Part shown: positions 13,102 to 27,268 of the stretch, in pieces
How positions within the stretch are numbered: position 1 is the first letter of the stretch
Layout: the number at the start of each line of letters is the position of its first letter
NCBI RefSeq assembly: GCF_009914755.1
Contig: NC_060925.1
DNA: 64,000 nucleotides
Reading direction: 5' to 3' (one strand)
Origin: the human T2T-CHM13v2.0 reference genome, Homo sapiens
Translations under genes and position numbers: made by a program
The notes under the pieces: generated by a model
What the model saw: only the letters and a program-made list of their open reading frames with translations
What the model was told of the DNA's origin: nothing
Databases searched by the model: none

Positions 13102-14576
13102 ATCCATGGGTGTGTAAGTGTATCATAGCTCTGCAGCCTCCTGAGAGGGGTGATGCTTTTGTTATGATTTAGACTGGGAGAGGGCATTGGGGGTCTGGAA
13201 ATGGAGTTGGCCTGAGAGCCTGTCTAGTCTAGGGCCCCCATTTCACAGACCAGAGAATGAAAGAATGTGCCCAAGTTCACACAGCAGTGGGAGCAGCAAA
13301 GGGGAGGCTGGAACTCGGGGCCCCAGATTCCCAGGCCCCCTCCTGTGCCAGCAACTCTCTGCTCTGGGCTGATGGAACAGCTCAGGTTCCCACTCCCCTG
13401 CCCCTGACCTGCCCTTCGCTGGCTTCAGAGGGGGGGTCTGATGACGAAATGTGATCCTGCCATAAAATCTATACCAAACCAACTCTTCTCACAGCCCACC
13501 CGCCCGCCTCAAAGGGGGGCGCCTAATCCCCATTTATGGAGCCAAGCAGCTGGGCCCGGCCTGAGTCTTTGAACGTGAGCTTGGGGTACCCTGGGTCAGC
13601 CCAGTCTTGGCAAGAGGAACCTGAGAGTGAGGGTATTTAGGGAAGCTGAGCAAGCTGAGGGGCCAGCCGGTCCCACGCCACCCAGCCCAAAGAGCACCAG
13701 TTAGGGTGAGAGCATAAATCAGAGTGGCTGAAGGCAGAGTGTACCCGTGGACACATCTTTCAGGGTGTGTTCCTGAAGACTGGACTTTATTCCAGCAGCC
13801 GAGGAGAGACACTGGAGGTTTAAAACAGAGGGGAACATGGTCCTATTAGAAAGATGGATTGGAGACCCCTTAGTGAGATAACTCTGGAAGTTATTTGGGC
13901 AGAATGATTAAGTTCTGACTCAGAATGGTGGTGGGATGGAGAGAAGTGGAGAGAGAGCGGAGAGGTGTCAGGAGGTAGTGTCTGGACAGCTCGGGCTCTA
14001 AGGAGTCATAGGGATGCCTGCTGTCTGGTTGGGGTGTTGTGGTGGGCAGAGGTGCTGCTACAGACAAGGAACATTAGGGAAGGTGCAGGAAGACGCTGAC
14101 TGGCCTTTGAAGATGCTGAGAAGGAGGAGCCTGTGGGGCAGCCAGCAGGGATGCAGAGGAAGGTGAGAGCCTGGGGTCAAGGAAGAGAGTTGGGATGGAG
14201 ATGCCGAGTTGGGCATTATCAGCCTATGGACCTTGAGACTACGATTACTGAGGGGAAAAGAGAAGAGAAGAAGGTCGAGGAGTGAGCCCTGGGGAACACC
14301 AACACTAAGAGCTAGGCAGAAACGGGAGGGCCCACAGAGGAGATTAAGAAGGCAGGCCATAGAGGAAGGAGGAAAACCAGGAGAAGATGAGGATGTGAGA
14401 GTCAAGGAACAGTGAGGGCTCTGAGAGCCCCGCAAGCCAAGCCAGGGAAACTCTTGCTGGGTTTAGCAGCAGGTAGGTGGCAGCCTTGCCACAGCGGGGT
14501 AGTGGGTCTCAGGGACAGTGCTGATGTGCAGAGGAATGGGAGGTGAAGATGTGTAGATACTCGGTGTAGATAACTC

Positions 14577-14880
14577 TTTTTTTTTTTTTTTTTTTTTGAG
14601 ACAGAGTCTCACTCTTGTTGCCCAGGCTGTAGCACAATGGCACAGTCTCGGCTCACTGCAACCTCCGCTTCCCGGGTTCAAGCAAGTCTCCTGTCTTAGC
14701 CTCCCAAGTAGCTGAGATTACAGGCATGCACCACCATGCCTGGCTAATTTTGTATTTTTAGTAGAGATGGGGTTTCACCATATTGGTCAGGTTGGTATCG
14801 AACTCCTGACCTCAAGTGATCCACCCGCCTTGGCCTCCCAAAGTGCTGGGATTACAGAAGTGAGCCACCACACCCAGCCT
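14577..14880 (-). mobile_element. AluS, full length
   Basis: Dimeric Alu; TSD gtgtagat(a/g)actcttt at 14564-14579 and 14883-14898. Confidence 0.95.
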
Positions 14881-14978
14881 GAGTGTAGATGACTCTTTAA
14901 AGAAGACTGGTTGGGAGGAGATTTGGGGGGTGCAGTAGCTGAAAGAGAACTGGGCTTGAAGAACCGGTTGAGATTCTT

Positions 14979-15110
14979 TTTTTTATTTTTAATTTTTTTT
15001 ACAATAAGGATTTGTCATTTATTTATTAGCTACAAGGAATTGCAAGATATTTAGCTTCTCTGAACTCAGCTTTCTGTTCTTTTTTTGTTGTTGTTGTTGC
15101 TTGCCTTTTC

Positions 15111-15141
<31 letters not shown>

Positions 15142-15542
15142 ACTTTAAGTTTTAGGGTACATGTGCACAACGTGCAGGTTAGTTACATATGTATACATGA
15201 GCCATGTTGGTGTGCTGCACCCATTAACTCGTCATTTAGCATTAGGTATCTCTCCTAATGCTATCCCTCCCCCCTCCCCCCACCCCACAACAGTCCCCGG
15301 TGTGTGATGTTCCCCTTCCTGTGTCCATGTGTTCTCATTGTTCAATTCCCACCTATGAGTGAGAACATGCGGTGTTTGGTTTTTTGTCCTTGCGATAGTT
15401 TGCTGAGAATGATGGTTTCCAGCTTCATCCATGTCCCTACAAAGGACATGAACTCATCATTTTTTATGGCTGCATAGTATTCCATGGTGTATATGTGCCA
15501 CATTTTCTTAATCCAGTCTATCATTGTTGGACATTTGGGTTG
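14979..15542 (-). mobile_element. 5'-truncated L1PA (L1PA3-like) with 3' transduction
   Basis: L1 ORF2 C-terminus (WHIYTMEYYAAIKNDEFMSFVGTWMKLETIILSKL) and 3'UTR at ~15140-15542; perfect 19-bp TSD agaaccggttgagattctt at 14960-14978 and 15543-15561. Confidence 0.95.
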
Positions 15543-15611
15543 AGAACCGGTTGAGATTCTTAAGGAGTTTACCCACTGATGGGAAGGAGGCAGTAGAAAA
15601 AGGGAGGTAGA

Positions 15612-16168
<557 letters not shown>

Positions 16169-17389
16169 AGGTAGAAGATATGGACAAAGAGGAGGTGAGT
16201 CAATGGGGTGAACTCTCCTGGGTGGATCCAGAGGGGAAGAGCTGGCTTCTTATGGGAGGAGAGATGCTTTCATTACAATAAAAGGGAAGGAGATGAGGTT
16301 TGGAGGAAGCACAGGTGAATGTGTAGGTTTGTGGCTGAAAGTTGATGGCTTTTGTTTTGTCCATGAAGGTCACCTGTTGAAAGGGCAGGGGAAGGAAGGG
16401 AAAGGTTGGAGGATCTGAAGAGAGAGAGGAAGATTTGAACCACCACTGTGGGAAGCATAAAGAGCTGGGAAACAGTTGCATTTCCTGGCAGTTTTGAGGC
16501 TCGAAGGAGGTGGGAAGCCATGAATTTAAAGTGATATGCATTTACCTGGGATATTAGTGAAGCTTAAGCAAGAGGGTCCCTTCTTTTTGGGTGGGGGACA
16601 GTTAAGGCCTGGTACAAAACAATGGCACAGGGATTATATGATAAGTGAATGAACGAGCAAATAGCTCAATGAACAAATTTATCAATTCAACCAATATTTA
16701 TTGAGCACCTACTATATGCCAGGTTCTGTTTTAGGAGGGGAATACAGGGGTGACAATGGCAAAATTCTTGCCCCTTTGGAGGCAACATGTGCAATGGAGC
16801 TTTTGAACTTCATGAGGCTTTTCTGAGGATTATTTTTGTTTTGTTCTTATTTTTAAAGGTAGCCAACCCAGTCTAATGGAAAATTTGGAAGGATGTTCAT
16901 CATCTTGCCGCGTCTCTGTTTGTGTTCTATTTCAACCTAACATGAAGGGAGCATCATCTTCGTTTTCACCAGCTCAGAGGGCAAAGCATCTTGTCCTGGG
17001 TCACACAGCACATCTGCAGAGAAACTGGTAGGGGTTGGGACAGCAGTTTCCCACTTTCTGTGCTGAGCTATTCCTGCTCGCCATGTAACCAGTGTCTCCA
17101 CAACTTCTGACTGTGGTAGGATAATGGGGTGGGAGGTATGGGTGCCTGGATTTCAGCTTTCTGGAGGGAAATCTTGACATGCTTTTATTTTCTTGTTTCT
17201 TTGGAGTGGAGCAAATAAAAGGCAGTCAGGGGGTCCATCAGGCCCATGGGTACTGGTTCCAGGCATAGCCTGTCAGTGGGAATATCTGGCCTCAATGAAA
17301 GGTAAGGGTGCATGCAGGACCTAGCTGCCCACTCTTATACCATGGACACCAGAGAAGGTGTGGGGAGTGGGGAGTCAGCATTTGTTAAA

Positions 17390-17680
17390 GTGTGTGTGAG
17401 CACAAGTGCATACACACAGACACACATCAACAGTGCAGATACTTGTGCAAACACAAATGTACAAGTCCTTATTCGGATTCACAAGTATGGATATATAGCC
17501 ACATATACAGGTGCGCACACACACACACAAATACACTCATGTTCGTGCATAAATACCCAGGCACATGTGCACACGTCCAAACAGACATACACATTTTAAA
17601 CATGCATAGGTGTAGGTTCATGTCTTTGGCCATATTCAAATGCACATACATTAAGTGTATACTCACATACAACAAAGAAT
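17390..17680. repeat. Degenerate (CA)n/(CATA)n low-complexity tract
   Basis: Alternating purine-pyrimidine sequence, e.g. gcacacacacacacaaatacac. Confidence 0.8.
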
Positions 17681-18279
17681 CAATCTAAAAGTGCTCATTG
17701 AGAGGTGCACACCGTGTAGGCACTCACGTTTCCCCAGCCTCATTTCTGTCTCAGTGCCTTTGCCCACGATCACATCCTCTGTTGCCTATGATCACATCCT
17801 CTTTTGCCTCAGGGCCTTTGCATAGGCTGTTCTGCTCTTGAAATATCTTCCCCTGCTGCCTCATCTTTTAGTCACAGTGTATCTAGTCTTTCATCTGAGA
17901 CCCTCTACTTCCCCTTTCATAACACTCAGCCTCTATTGTTTTACTTGTCTGTTTCTCTCTAGACTGTTAGCTGTCTGTGGGTCCACATAAAAGAGCCTTA
18001 ATAAATAAGTATAGGTTGACTGAGTGAATGACTACCATGTATGGAGTACTTACTGTATGCCAGGATCTGGAGTAGGTGGGCATAGCTGTTTTCTTTCTCT
18101 TATTGTCCCCTAAATTTTATGGAGGAGGAAACGGAAATATCGTCAGTGCCAGAGCTGGGATTTGAACCCAGGGTGGACTCTTTCTACTCCCAAATGTTTC
18201 TCTGATTTCCCTCTTGCCCTGGAGTCTACTGCAAGTCAAGTTCATCCCCTTCTTCAGAGTAGCTTTGCTCTGTCCCCCA

Positions 18280-19230
18280 CCGGGGCCCCTCCCGCTCAGC
18301 GGGGCTGAGGGGCTGGGGGCCTCGAGTCTCAGCTGGACTGTGGCATCAGGCCGGGGCTGAGCTGGGCCTTCCCCTGTGGGAGCAGAAATGGACTCCTGGG
18401 AACAAGTTTGCAAGGGATGCGGCCGGGCGGGGTTGTTCAGAGGACTCTGAAGGGGACTGTCGCCAGGAGAAAGCTCTCTCTGAGCTCAGTGGAAGCGCCG
18501 CGGGCGTCCTTCGCCTGGCCGGTTCCGGCGCTCTTATCTGGCGGGAAAGCCAGCTCCTCTACCGTGTCCCCTGTGCGCCCGCGGTCCTCTGAGGACGCCC
18601 GCCCCGTACCAACCCGTCCTGGCTTCCACTCGGCCCCGGAGACAGGGCGGGCGGGTGGCACCTTCGGGCCCCGCGGGGCGCCCGCCGCGGCGTGGGGCGT
18701 GGAGAGGGTGGCGACAGAGCGCGGGCGGGGACAGCGCGTGGGCCGCGGGGGGCGGGGCGCGGTGGCGAAATGGCTTTTCCAGATTAGGGGCCCAGCCCGC
18801 ACTGTTGACACAGTCATAAGTTTTAATGAGAAATTTTGAGTATTTGTGTGGGAGACGCAGCCTCTGTGCACAGATGCTGCGGGCGGGCGGCGCGGGGGGC
18901 CGTCCCTCCCTGGGGCCGCCGCGGCCGCAGGCCCGGCACGGATTCCTTTCAGGCAGAGGGGAAACATTTAAACTCGCTCACCTTTGAACTGCCAGGGACG
19001 CTGTTTACCTTGGCTGCCCGAGTGGCAGTTTTACAGATATTAAATACCGACCCGAGGCTGAGCCGGGGCTCCTTCGCTCCCCGCCCCCGCCGGGGGGCTG
19101 CGCTGGGCACGCCGAGGCCCGGGATGCCCGTTCCACCGGGGGTCATCTCAGTGAGGGTCCCGAGCCTCTTTCTGCAGATGGTTTCTGTAATCTGTGCTGG
19201 GGAGACGCCCTGGGGCTCTCCGTTCTCGTC
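18280..19230. promoter_or_regulatory. Orphan CpG island (candidate enhancer/promoter)
   Basis: Very high GC and CpG density with GC boxes (gggcgg) and embedded AT-rich cores; no associated coding exon. Confidence 0.85.
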
Positions 19231-22200
19231 CACTCCTCAGCCTATTCATCTCCTAATTCGATTTTCTATGTCAGGGCGGAGCAGTGTGGAGGCTGAGAGC
19301 TGTCTGGGCCCTGCTCACCCATTTTTTTTTTTTTTTGGCATTTCTGCATCTAGAAAGGGGATGTCATAAGCGAGGCACCTCCTAAGTAGGGGCTCCGGTG
19401 GCCTGGCTCTGTCTTTTCAAGGAACAGAGGAGACCTCTCTCTCCGAAGATGTCTATGGGACAGAGGAGGGCTTTGCCTGAGCCGCAGTCTTCAGCGGGCA
19501 GGCAGAGGGCTCCCTGCAGAGGCACAAGCCATGTTGATTTTACGGAGCAGGCTGCTATGCACATTTCACTCCTGATTTATTGGTTTTTAACTAGATCCTT
19601 ATGCTGGGCTAAAAAAGCCATCTTGCACTTTGCAAGGCTCTGCTGACTGCTGCCGAAAATGACACACGGGGGCTCCTTCTGCCCTCCCCGCCCTCCCACC
19701 TCACCCCACCCAAAGGGCCATGGCGGAGGTGTGGGCAGGGAGCGTTGTTCTGAGGAGGAAGCCTCAGCCTGCAGCCTCCCTGCCCGCTGACCACCTGTGG
19801 TGTGTGCTGGGGTGACTGTGTTTGTGTGTATAAGAATTTATGGACCTGAAGGGAGGAGCTGGGAGAGGGGCAGGGCCTCTATTGAGCCTGGGCACATACT
19901 GCCCTCCTTTTCTCCCTCAGGCCCCACAGAGCACTTGTCATGTATTTTAATGAACTTTGGGGTCAGACAAATCTAGACTGACCCCCTGGTCACTCTCCTA
20001 CTGTGTAATTCAGGAAAGTTAGGTAACCTCTCTGATCCCTGAATTGTCATCTTCGGAATGGGCATAATCTTATATATGATGTGGGGATCACATGAAATAC
20101 TGTGTGAGTGTCATACACTAACCCAGTGCCCAGCACACAGACGGGGCTTACTGATGAGATTTGCTCCCAAATTCTTCCTCCCACCCTGGCTGGTCACTCC
20201 TGGTAAAGGAGAAACCCCTGAACACAGGCAGTGGCTGACTTCACACTGTCTCCTGGTTCTACATACAGTGCTTCATAATTCAAATAGAAAATTATATGCT
20301 AATATTACCATAAACTAAGTTATAAAGCACTTTTAACCCATTAGCTCATCAAATTCTCACAAAAGTTCTATGAGAGAAGAGACAGGGTAAAGAGAAGTAG
20401 CAAGGTCATTTTACCCAGAGAGATAAAGGGGTGTTATCACAGAACTGTGGTGGAAGCCAGGCTGGACAATTTCTAGTTTAGAGAACTTTTCTTGATGTCA
20501 CAAATGCCTCTCATATTATTCAACATTGTTCCCTTTCTCAGGGAGGATGGTTTCATGAAGAGGAGGATCTTACGTAGAGGGATCTTAGGTACACAAATGG
20601 TGTACTTTCAGGCATGGGAGCAAAGCGGAGCTATTTTAGGGGATGGGGTACCAGGTGGACACCCACCTGTAGAAGAGGCTTCTTTGGCCAGCCCTGGAAG
20701 AACAACTAGGTCTGATTGAGACCCCCAGAACTCAAGGAGCCCAAGGAAGACGCTGGCTGCATCTGCAGAATTCATCAGGCGGCTTGATGGGTCGCCGTTA
20801 AACAAAGATGGGATAAGGTTACATGTGTTTTCCGTGGGAGTCGGCTCCGATTTCAGCCTGATGATTTAGTCAGGTGTAAGCATGAAGTTTCCAATTTAGA
20901 GAAATAAATCTCCAGTGATTTTATTATCCCCTGTTTTACCCTGACACCCAACTTCACCCCGGCCCCCTGTCAAAGCCCTCATGATGTGTTTATATAGGGC
21001 ACACTGTAATTGATTGGCATGCAATAGAACATTACACAGAAAATGTGGCCTTCCCCACCAGGCCCAACTCTGGGAGCTTCCATATTTCATCATCCCCCGG
21101 GCCCAATCCAAGGCTCCCACTCCTGTGGCCACAAATTCTTGGGATTCTGGGTTGTCTGAGAACAGGAGAACAGGGCCAAAGGGTCCAGTCAGGGCCCCCA
21201 GAGCGGCCTCACAGGATGTTCTGGCCTGGAGATGGAGGGTGAAGGACATTGGGCAGAGGCATCTGCCATGGGTAGAGAGGCCGCTTGGGGTGGTTAGACT
21301 CATTACTTCCAAGGTCTTGTCTACTCAGAGTAGTTCAACCATCCATGATGGCTCTAAGTTTGGTTCTAATTCAAAAGTTCTAAATTTCTGAGGTGGTCAG
21401 TTTAGAAAATCTGTTATCAAGCATATATGAATCTGTGGCCCTAGATTTATGATTCTATGACAATGCCATGTAATACATGTAATACCATTGTATACTATTG
21501 TAATACTTCTAATAAATATGAATATAAACATGGCTTTGAATGCTGATATCAATGCTAAAACCAATGCCAGTTCCAATATTATCATTTATTGAGGGCTTTC
21601 AATGTGTTCAGCACTGCACTATGCATGTTACATAATTCTTTCATTTAATTCTGCTAACAACCCTATGAGGCATTATCTCCATTTTACACAAGATACCATT
21701 GAAGATCAGAGAGGGTAATAACTTGTTCAAGGCTACACAGTCGCTGTTTAAGAGTCGAGATTTTTAAATTCTTGCCTATAAAGCAGTGGAAAAAGTAGAC
21801 AGATATGGGTGAGAAGCAGTCCTGACCTCATGGGTTGTGGTCGGAGTACACCCAATGATTTCTCACAGTATTAGCCCAGTTGTCATTGCCTCTATCCTCA
21901 GCCCCAGGAGGGGTATCAAGGTAGAGCGTCTCCAAGATTCTGGGTAGAGAACAAGGGCCCAGATTTCACCAAACCCAGTTAATGGCGGCGGGGCGGGGGG
22001 GTTTGCTTCTGATTCTTTTAGAATCCTACAGTTTCTGTGTCTGAAGGCAAAAGTCGTATACTTCAACCTCTCAACCAGGATCTGAATTCTTGCCTTCCCC
22101 AGTACCCTGATTGGGCAGGGGCTGATGGCTGGGCGGGGAGGCGGGCACTTTCTATTTCCACATCTCTAGTGACAGGGAGTTTCTACCTTATAATAAGCTG

Positions 22201-22379
22201 AAATCTGTCTCCCTGTCACTCTGACTTAATGATCCTAACTCTCTCCTGTAGGTCCACGAGCAAATCTACTTCCTCTGTTCTGTGACTTTGGAGATTTAGA
22301 CACAGTAAATCAAATCTATCTACTCACTTATTCTGGCCCACCCTAACCCTTTCCCTCCCAACCATACCCCTCCCACCCA

Positions 22380-22630
22380 TACTTTTATCCATCTATTCAT
22401 CCTTCCCATCCATCCATCAATCCCTTCATCCATCTACTCTTCTATCATCCACTAATCATGTAACGATCCATCTCTCCATCACGCATCTAGTCATTCACTC
22501 ACTATCCACTCATCAACCATCCATCCATCAATATATCCACCCTTCCCTCCTTTTTTCTATCCATCCATCCATCATCCATCCATGTAATTATTCAGTCACC
22601 CACTGTTTATCCATTCATTCATCCATTTAC
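22380..22630. repeat. Degenerate (TCCA)n/(CATC)n repeat
   Basis: Repeated ccatccatccatc units. Confidence 0.85.
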
Positions 22631-23982
22631 TCTTTCACCCACTTATTCACTTATTTATTAATTCATTGAGGTACAACCATTCAAATAGTACTTGTTAGGC
22701 ACTCTGGGGAAGGAAACAAAGGTGAATATGCCCTCAGTAAACTTGGGAGAGAGAAATAAACCAGGCTCACACCTACAGAGCTTACTTATTCCTAAATGTC
22801 AACAATCTAGGAACTTTCTCAGTAATTTGTAAATCAGTGTCCAGTGAAAGGTTTAGGCTCTAAGTGCAATCAGGAGAGGGGGCCAGTGTGAGGTGGGCTG
22901 CTCAGGTTAGGCTTCCTTTGCATTATAGTCCTCATGGAACCAGCTGGTATCTTAAGACACAATCCTGTCTGGACCAGCATTGAAGTTTTGCACTGTGCTT
23001 AGTCTTGATTCCATTCATTCATTTGTTCAATGAGTACTTTTTGAGCACTATTACCTGTCAAATTCTTGGGTGGTGAATAACAGACAGATCCTTGTCCTTG
23101 CTAATCTTATCATCTAGTGTGGGAAATTAATACTAAACAAGTGCCTAATATAATTTCAGACACTGATAAGTGCTATTAAAAAAGAGCAGGAGAAGACAGC
23201 AGGAAGGAAGATGATATTTTAGACAAGAAGATCAGGAAGGTTTTTCTTAGGAGTTGACATTTGGTCAAGAATAAGAATTCCTGGGAATTCCTCGGACTGG
23301 GAATTCCTGGGAATTTCCACTGGAGAAAGGGAAGGAGATGAACAAGGGGACTGAAATGGTGGGAGGCTTGGGTCCTTAATTGGAGAGAGAGGGACGATAC
23401 ATCAGTAAGCAGGAGCTAAAGTTTTCTTTTGAAGAACTCTGCTCAAGGAATCAGCCCTTTGTGGTCTACAAAGGGCATTCACTTGGTTTATCTCACCTGT
23501 TAGGGCATTTTCCTCATTTTTGGTGAGGAATGGAAAAGAGACAGGGTGTAATTTAACTAAGGTCCCAGAGTGGGTCAGGGATTCAGGTCTCACATCTGCA
23601 CCAGGGTGGACTCCAGCTCCTAGTGCACACCTGTCCACAAAACCTCCAGGTCTTGGGTAGGCTGTGTGTGGGAGGTTTCTCCACCCTGTCAGTCCTTTTC
23701 TGGAGGTGAAGGTGTATTGGGGTCTAGTTCTTGGAGACTCCTGATTTCTCTTTTTAACGTGTCAGACCCAGGGAGTAAAAAGTGAGCCTCAGAATCCCCA
23801 AAAAACCAGGATAGGGTGGAGCTCAGGAGAGGCAGAAGGCCAAGACAAAATGAGTGCCTTGCCTTTGGGGACAGAGGAGACAGATTTTATTCACTCAACC
23901 TAAAAACAAGAGCCGAATGGAAGTCGTCGTAGGCTGAGAGTCCAGACACCTGGCCTCCAGCCCTGGTCTCTGGATTGCTGTG

Positions 23983-24935
23983 TGCCATGGTTTGGATATG
24001 GTTTGTCCTTTCCAAAACTCACATTGAAATTTGATCCCAAATGTGGTGGTGTTGGGAGATGACTCCTAGGCAGGGAGGTGTTTGGGTCATGGGGGTGGAT
24101 CTCTCATGAATGGCTTGGTGCTGTTCTCCCAATAGTGAGACCTAGGTTCTCTGCTCAGGGCCTCACCAGGCTGAAATCCAGGTGTTGGCTGGGGCTGCAA
24201 TCTCATCTGAGGCTCATAAGTCCTCTTCCAAGCTTGTTTAGGTTGCTGGCAGGATTCCATTCTTTGTGGCTATAGGACTGAAGCCCTCATTTTCTTGCTG
24301 GCTGTTAACTGGGCAATTTCTCTCAGCTCCTGGAAGCTGACCTAAGGTCCTAGCAGCATGGTTCTCTCTCAACATGGCACTTACTTCTTCAAAGCCAGCA
24401 GGAGAATTTCTCTCCAGTCTATTATAATGGAGTCTTACATGGTGTAATGTAATCTATGCCATCACTTTACCATATAATGTAACCTAATCAAAGGAGTGTC
24501 TTTTCCATCATATTTTTAGATTTTGTACATGTTTTCAGGTGTGTACACTGTGGGTGGGATTCTTGGGGGAGAACTTAGAATTCTGCTTATCACAAAGGCC
24601 CAAACTTTAAGACACAGCAATTTCTCTTTTTGCCTTTTTGAGAGTCCTGAGCTACGATATAATAAGTCCTGCTACTCTGTTGGAGAAACCATATGGAGAG
24701 GCTAGGGGAGTGATGGAGGGAGGGAGATACTTGGGGAGGGAGAGACCTAGATGCCCTAGTATCCCAGCTGAGTCAAGCCTTCCAGCCATCCCCAACAAGG
24801 TGCCAGACATATGAGTGAGTCATCTTGGGTATTCCAGCACAATTGAGTCCCCTGAAGACTGCAGCCTCAGCTTACATGTAGGGCAGAAGAACCACCTAGC
24901 TGAGCCCAGTCAGCCCACTGAGAGAGTGCACTAAA
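23983..24935. mobile_element. Cluster of MaLR LTR fragments (MST-like ~23983-24140; MLT1-like ~24140-24595 and ~24620-24935)
   Basis: tgccatggtttggatatggtttgtcc...tttgggtcatgggggtggatctctcatgaatggcttggtgc is MST-type; downstream MLT1-type motifs. Confidence 0.65.
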
Positions 24936-26627
24936 TTGTGCAAGAGGCTTTCACTGACTCCATCTGCCAAAAGTTTTTTGTTCTGGGAGGAAACATGGTT
25001 CTGCCCATTGTATTTCTCAGTGATGGGAAACCTGTCTCCTGCATGGACATTTCCAAAGCAGGGTCTCCACTGGGCCATGATTGAAAATCTATCTGGTCCC
25101 TAGGTTGGTCCTTTCCTAATGATCTTGAGAGGTGGCATGGCTGAATGGCAGAAAAATTCTGGACAGGGAAGCCAGGGACCTGGACTGTAGCACAAACTCT
25201 GCTGTTACCCTGCTGTGTGATCTTAGAACTACAGCTGTCACGTCTCTGGTGCTTTCCATGTGCCAGGCAGTGTTGTAAGTGCTTTATACATATTCACTCG
25301 TTCAAACCACATAATAACTCTAGGAAGTAGGTACAATTATTACCCAATTTTACAGATGAGAAAATGGAAGCATAGAGATATTGAATCACTTACCTAAAGT
25401 TACATAGCTAGGAAGCCATGGAATCCATCTCTTTCCTGGACACAATGGTCTGATCCTAAGATTCTAGAATTTCATGGTTCTAGGAGTCTAAGATTCAACA
25501 ATTTTTAAGGTTCTGGCAGCCTAAGATTCCATCAGTTTGAAGATCCTTGAATCCACAGATCATAAGCTTCTAGAATTCTCAGATTGCAGTTTGAAAAAGC
25601 AAATTCCTGCCATCTGCGAGGGTGGGGGTCAGGGGACATGATGGGGAATGACTCAGCTTGAGCCCTCGGCCTTGCTCAGCCCTCTGCTCCAGGAGTTAAA
25701 GATGTTGCCTACCCCTTTAGGCATTTGCTTCATTTATCTGAAACCCAAAACCTCTCTTGGAACTGGGAGCCCTGGGTGGTATGAGAGCAGGAGGGAGACC
25801 TCCTTGCCTGATAGGCCTGCAGCATCCACGGAGAGGGGCCAGAATAAGCAGTGAAACCAGGACTTGGAGTTCCCTGAGAATGATAACATTCTCTGTATCC
25901 CGCAGACCCCAAATAAACCCACGTTTTCCGCAGGCTCTGCTGAGGCCTGAGGAGAAAAGGGAAGGATGGTGGGAAATGGCTGATGTTTCCATAGGACCCA
26001 CCACCCTGGGTGTTGTGTTTCTGTTGGAGAGGGGGCCACCTGGCTGGTGGCCCTAGAATAGCGGTACACTCCAGGACCACAGGGAGGCCATCCAAGCGGA
26101 AGCAGGGCTGGCCGGCTGTGTTGTATAGGCAAAGATAAGGAGCCAGGTCAGGGTTGACATGTGGAAGTGTTTAGGAGCCTGGGAGATTGGGCACTGCAGA
26201 ATGACATATTCTGGAGGGACTAGGGGGCCCAGGGGTTACTGACTCCAGTGGCCTCATTCTATAGATGGTGAAACTGAGGGGAAGAGAGTTGTTGCCATGG
26301 TACATTTAACATGGGGTTCAATAAAATCTCTGGAATTGACCCCAATACAGTCAAACCCCTGTACTTCAGCTACACCAACTAGTGACCTTAACCCAAACTC
26401 TGGGCCTTTGCTTATGTTTTGCATGCTACCTGGAATGCAGTTCCACCCTGTTCTTTGCCTGTAGAAACACTTCTCTTGGAAGGTACAGCCCCAATACTAC
26501 CTCCTCCAGGAAGCCTTCCTTCATCCCTTCCCCGTTTCTGATGTCCTCTCACCTGCTTCTAGGAGCACTGAGGGCATTTCATCTGCCCCTTCCTTTTGCT
26601 CTATGTCATATTCTCCTTCAGAGTAAT

Positions 26628-27268
<641 letters not shown>

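Noticed and set aside
18408-19369. Overlapping 143-177 aa ORFs on both strands
   Set aside because: Low-complexity R/G/P/A-rich frames expected from stop-poor CpG-island DNA; no recognisable domain
25450-25585. Periodic ctaagattct-like units resembling an array
   Set aside because: Degenerate 8-bp-based repeat next to MIR sequence; no constant repeat with unique spacers, so not CRISPR-like
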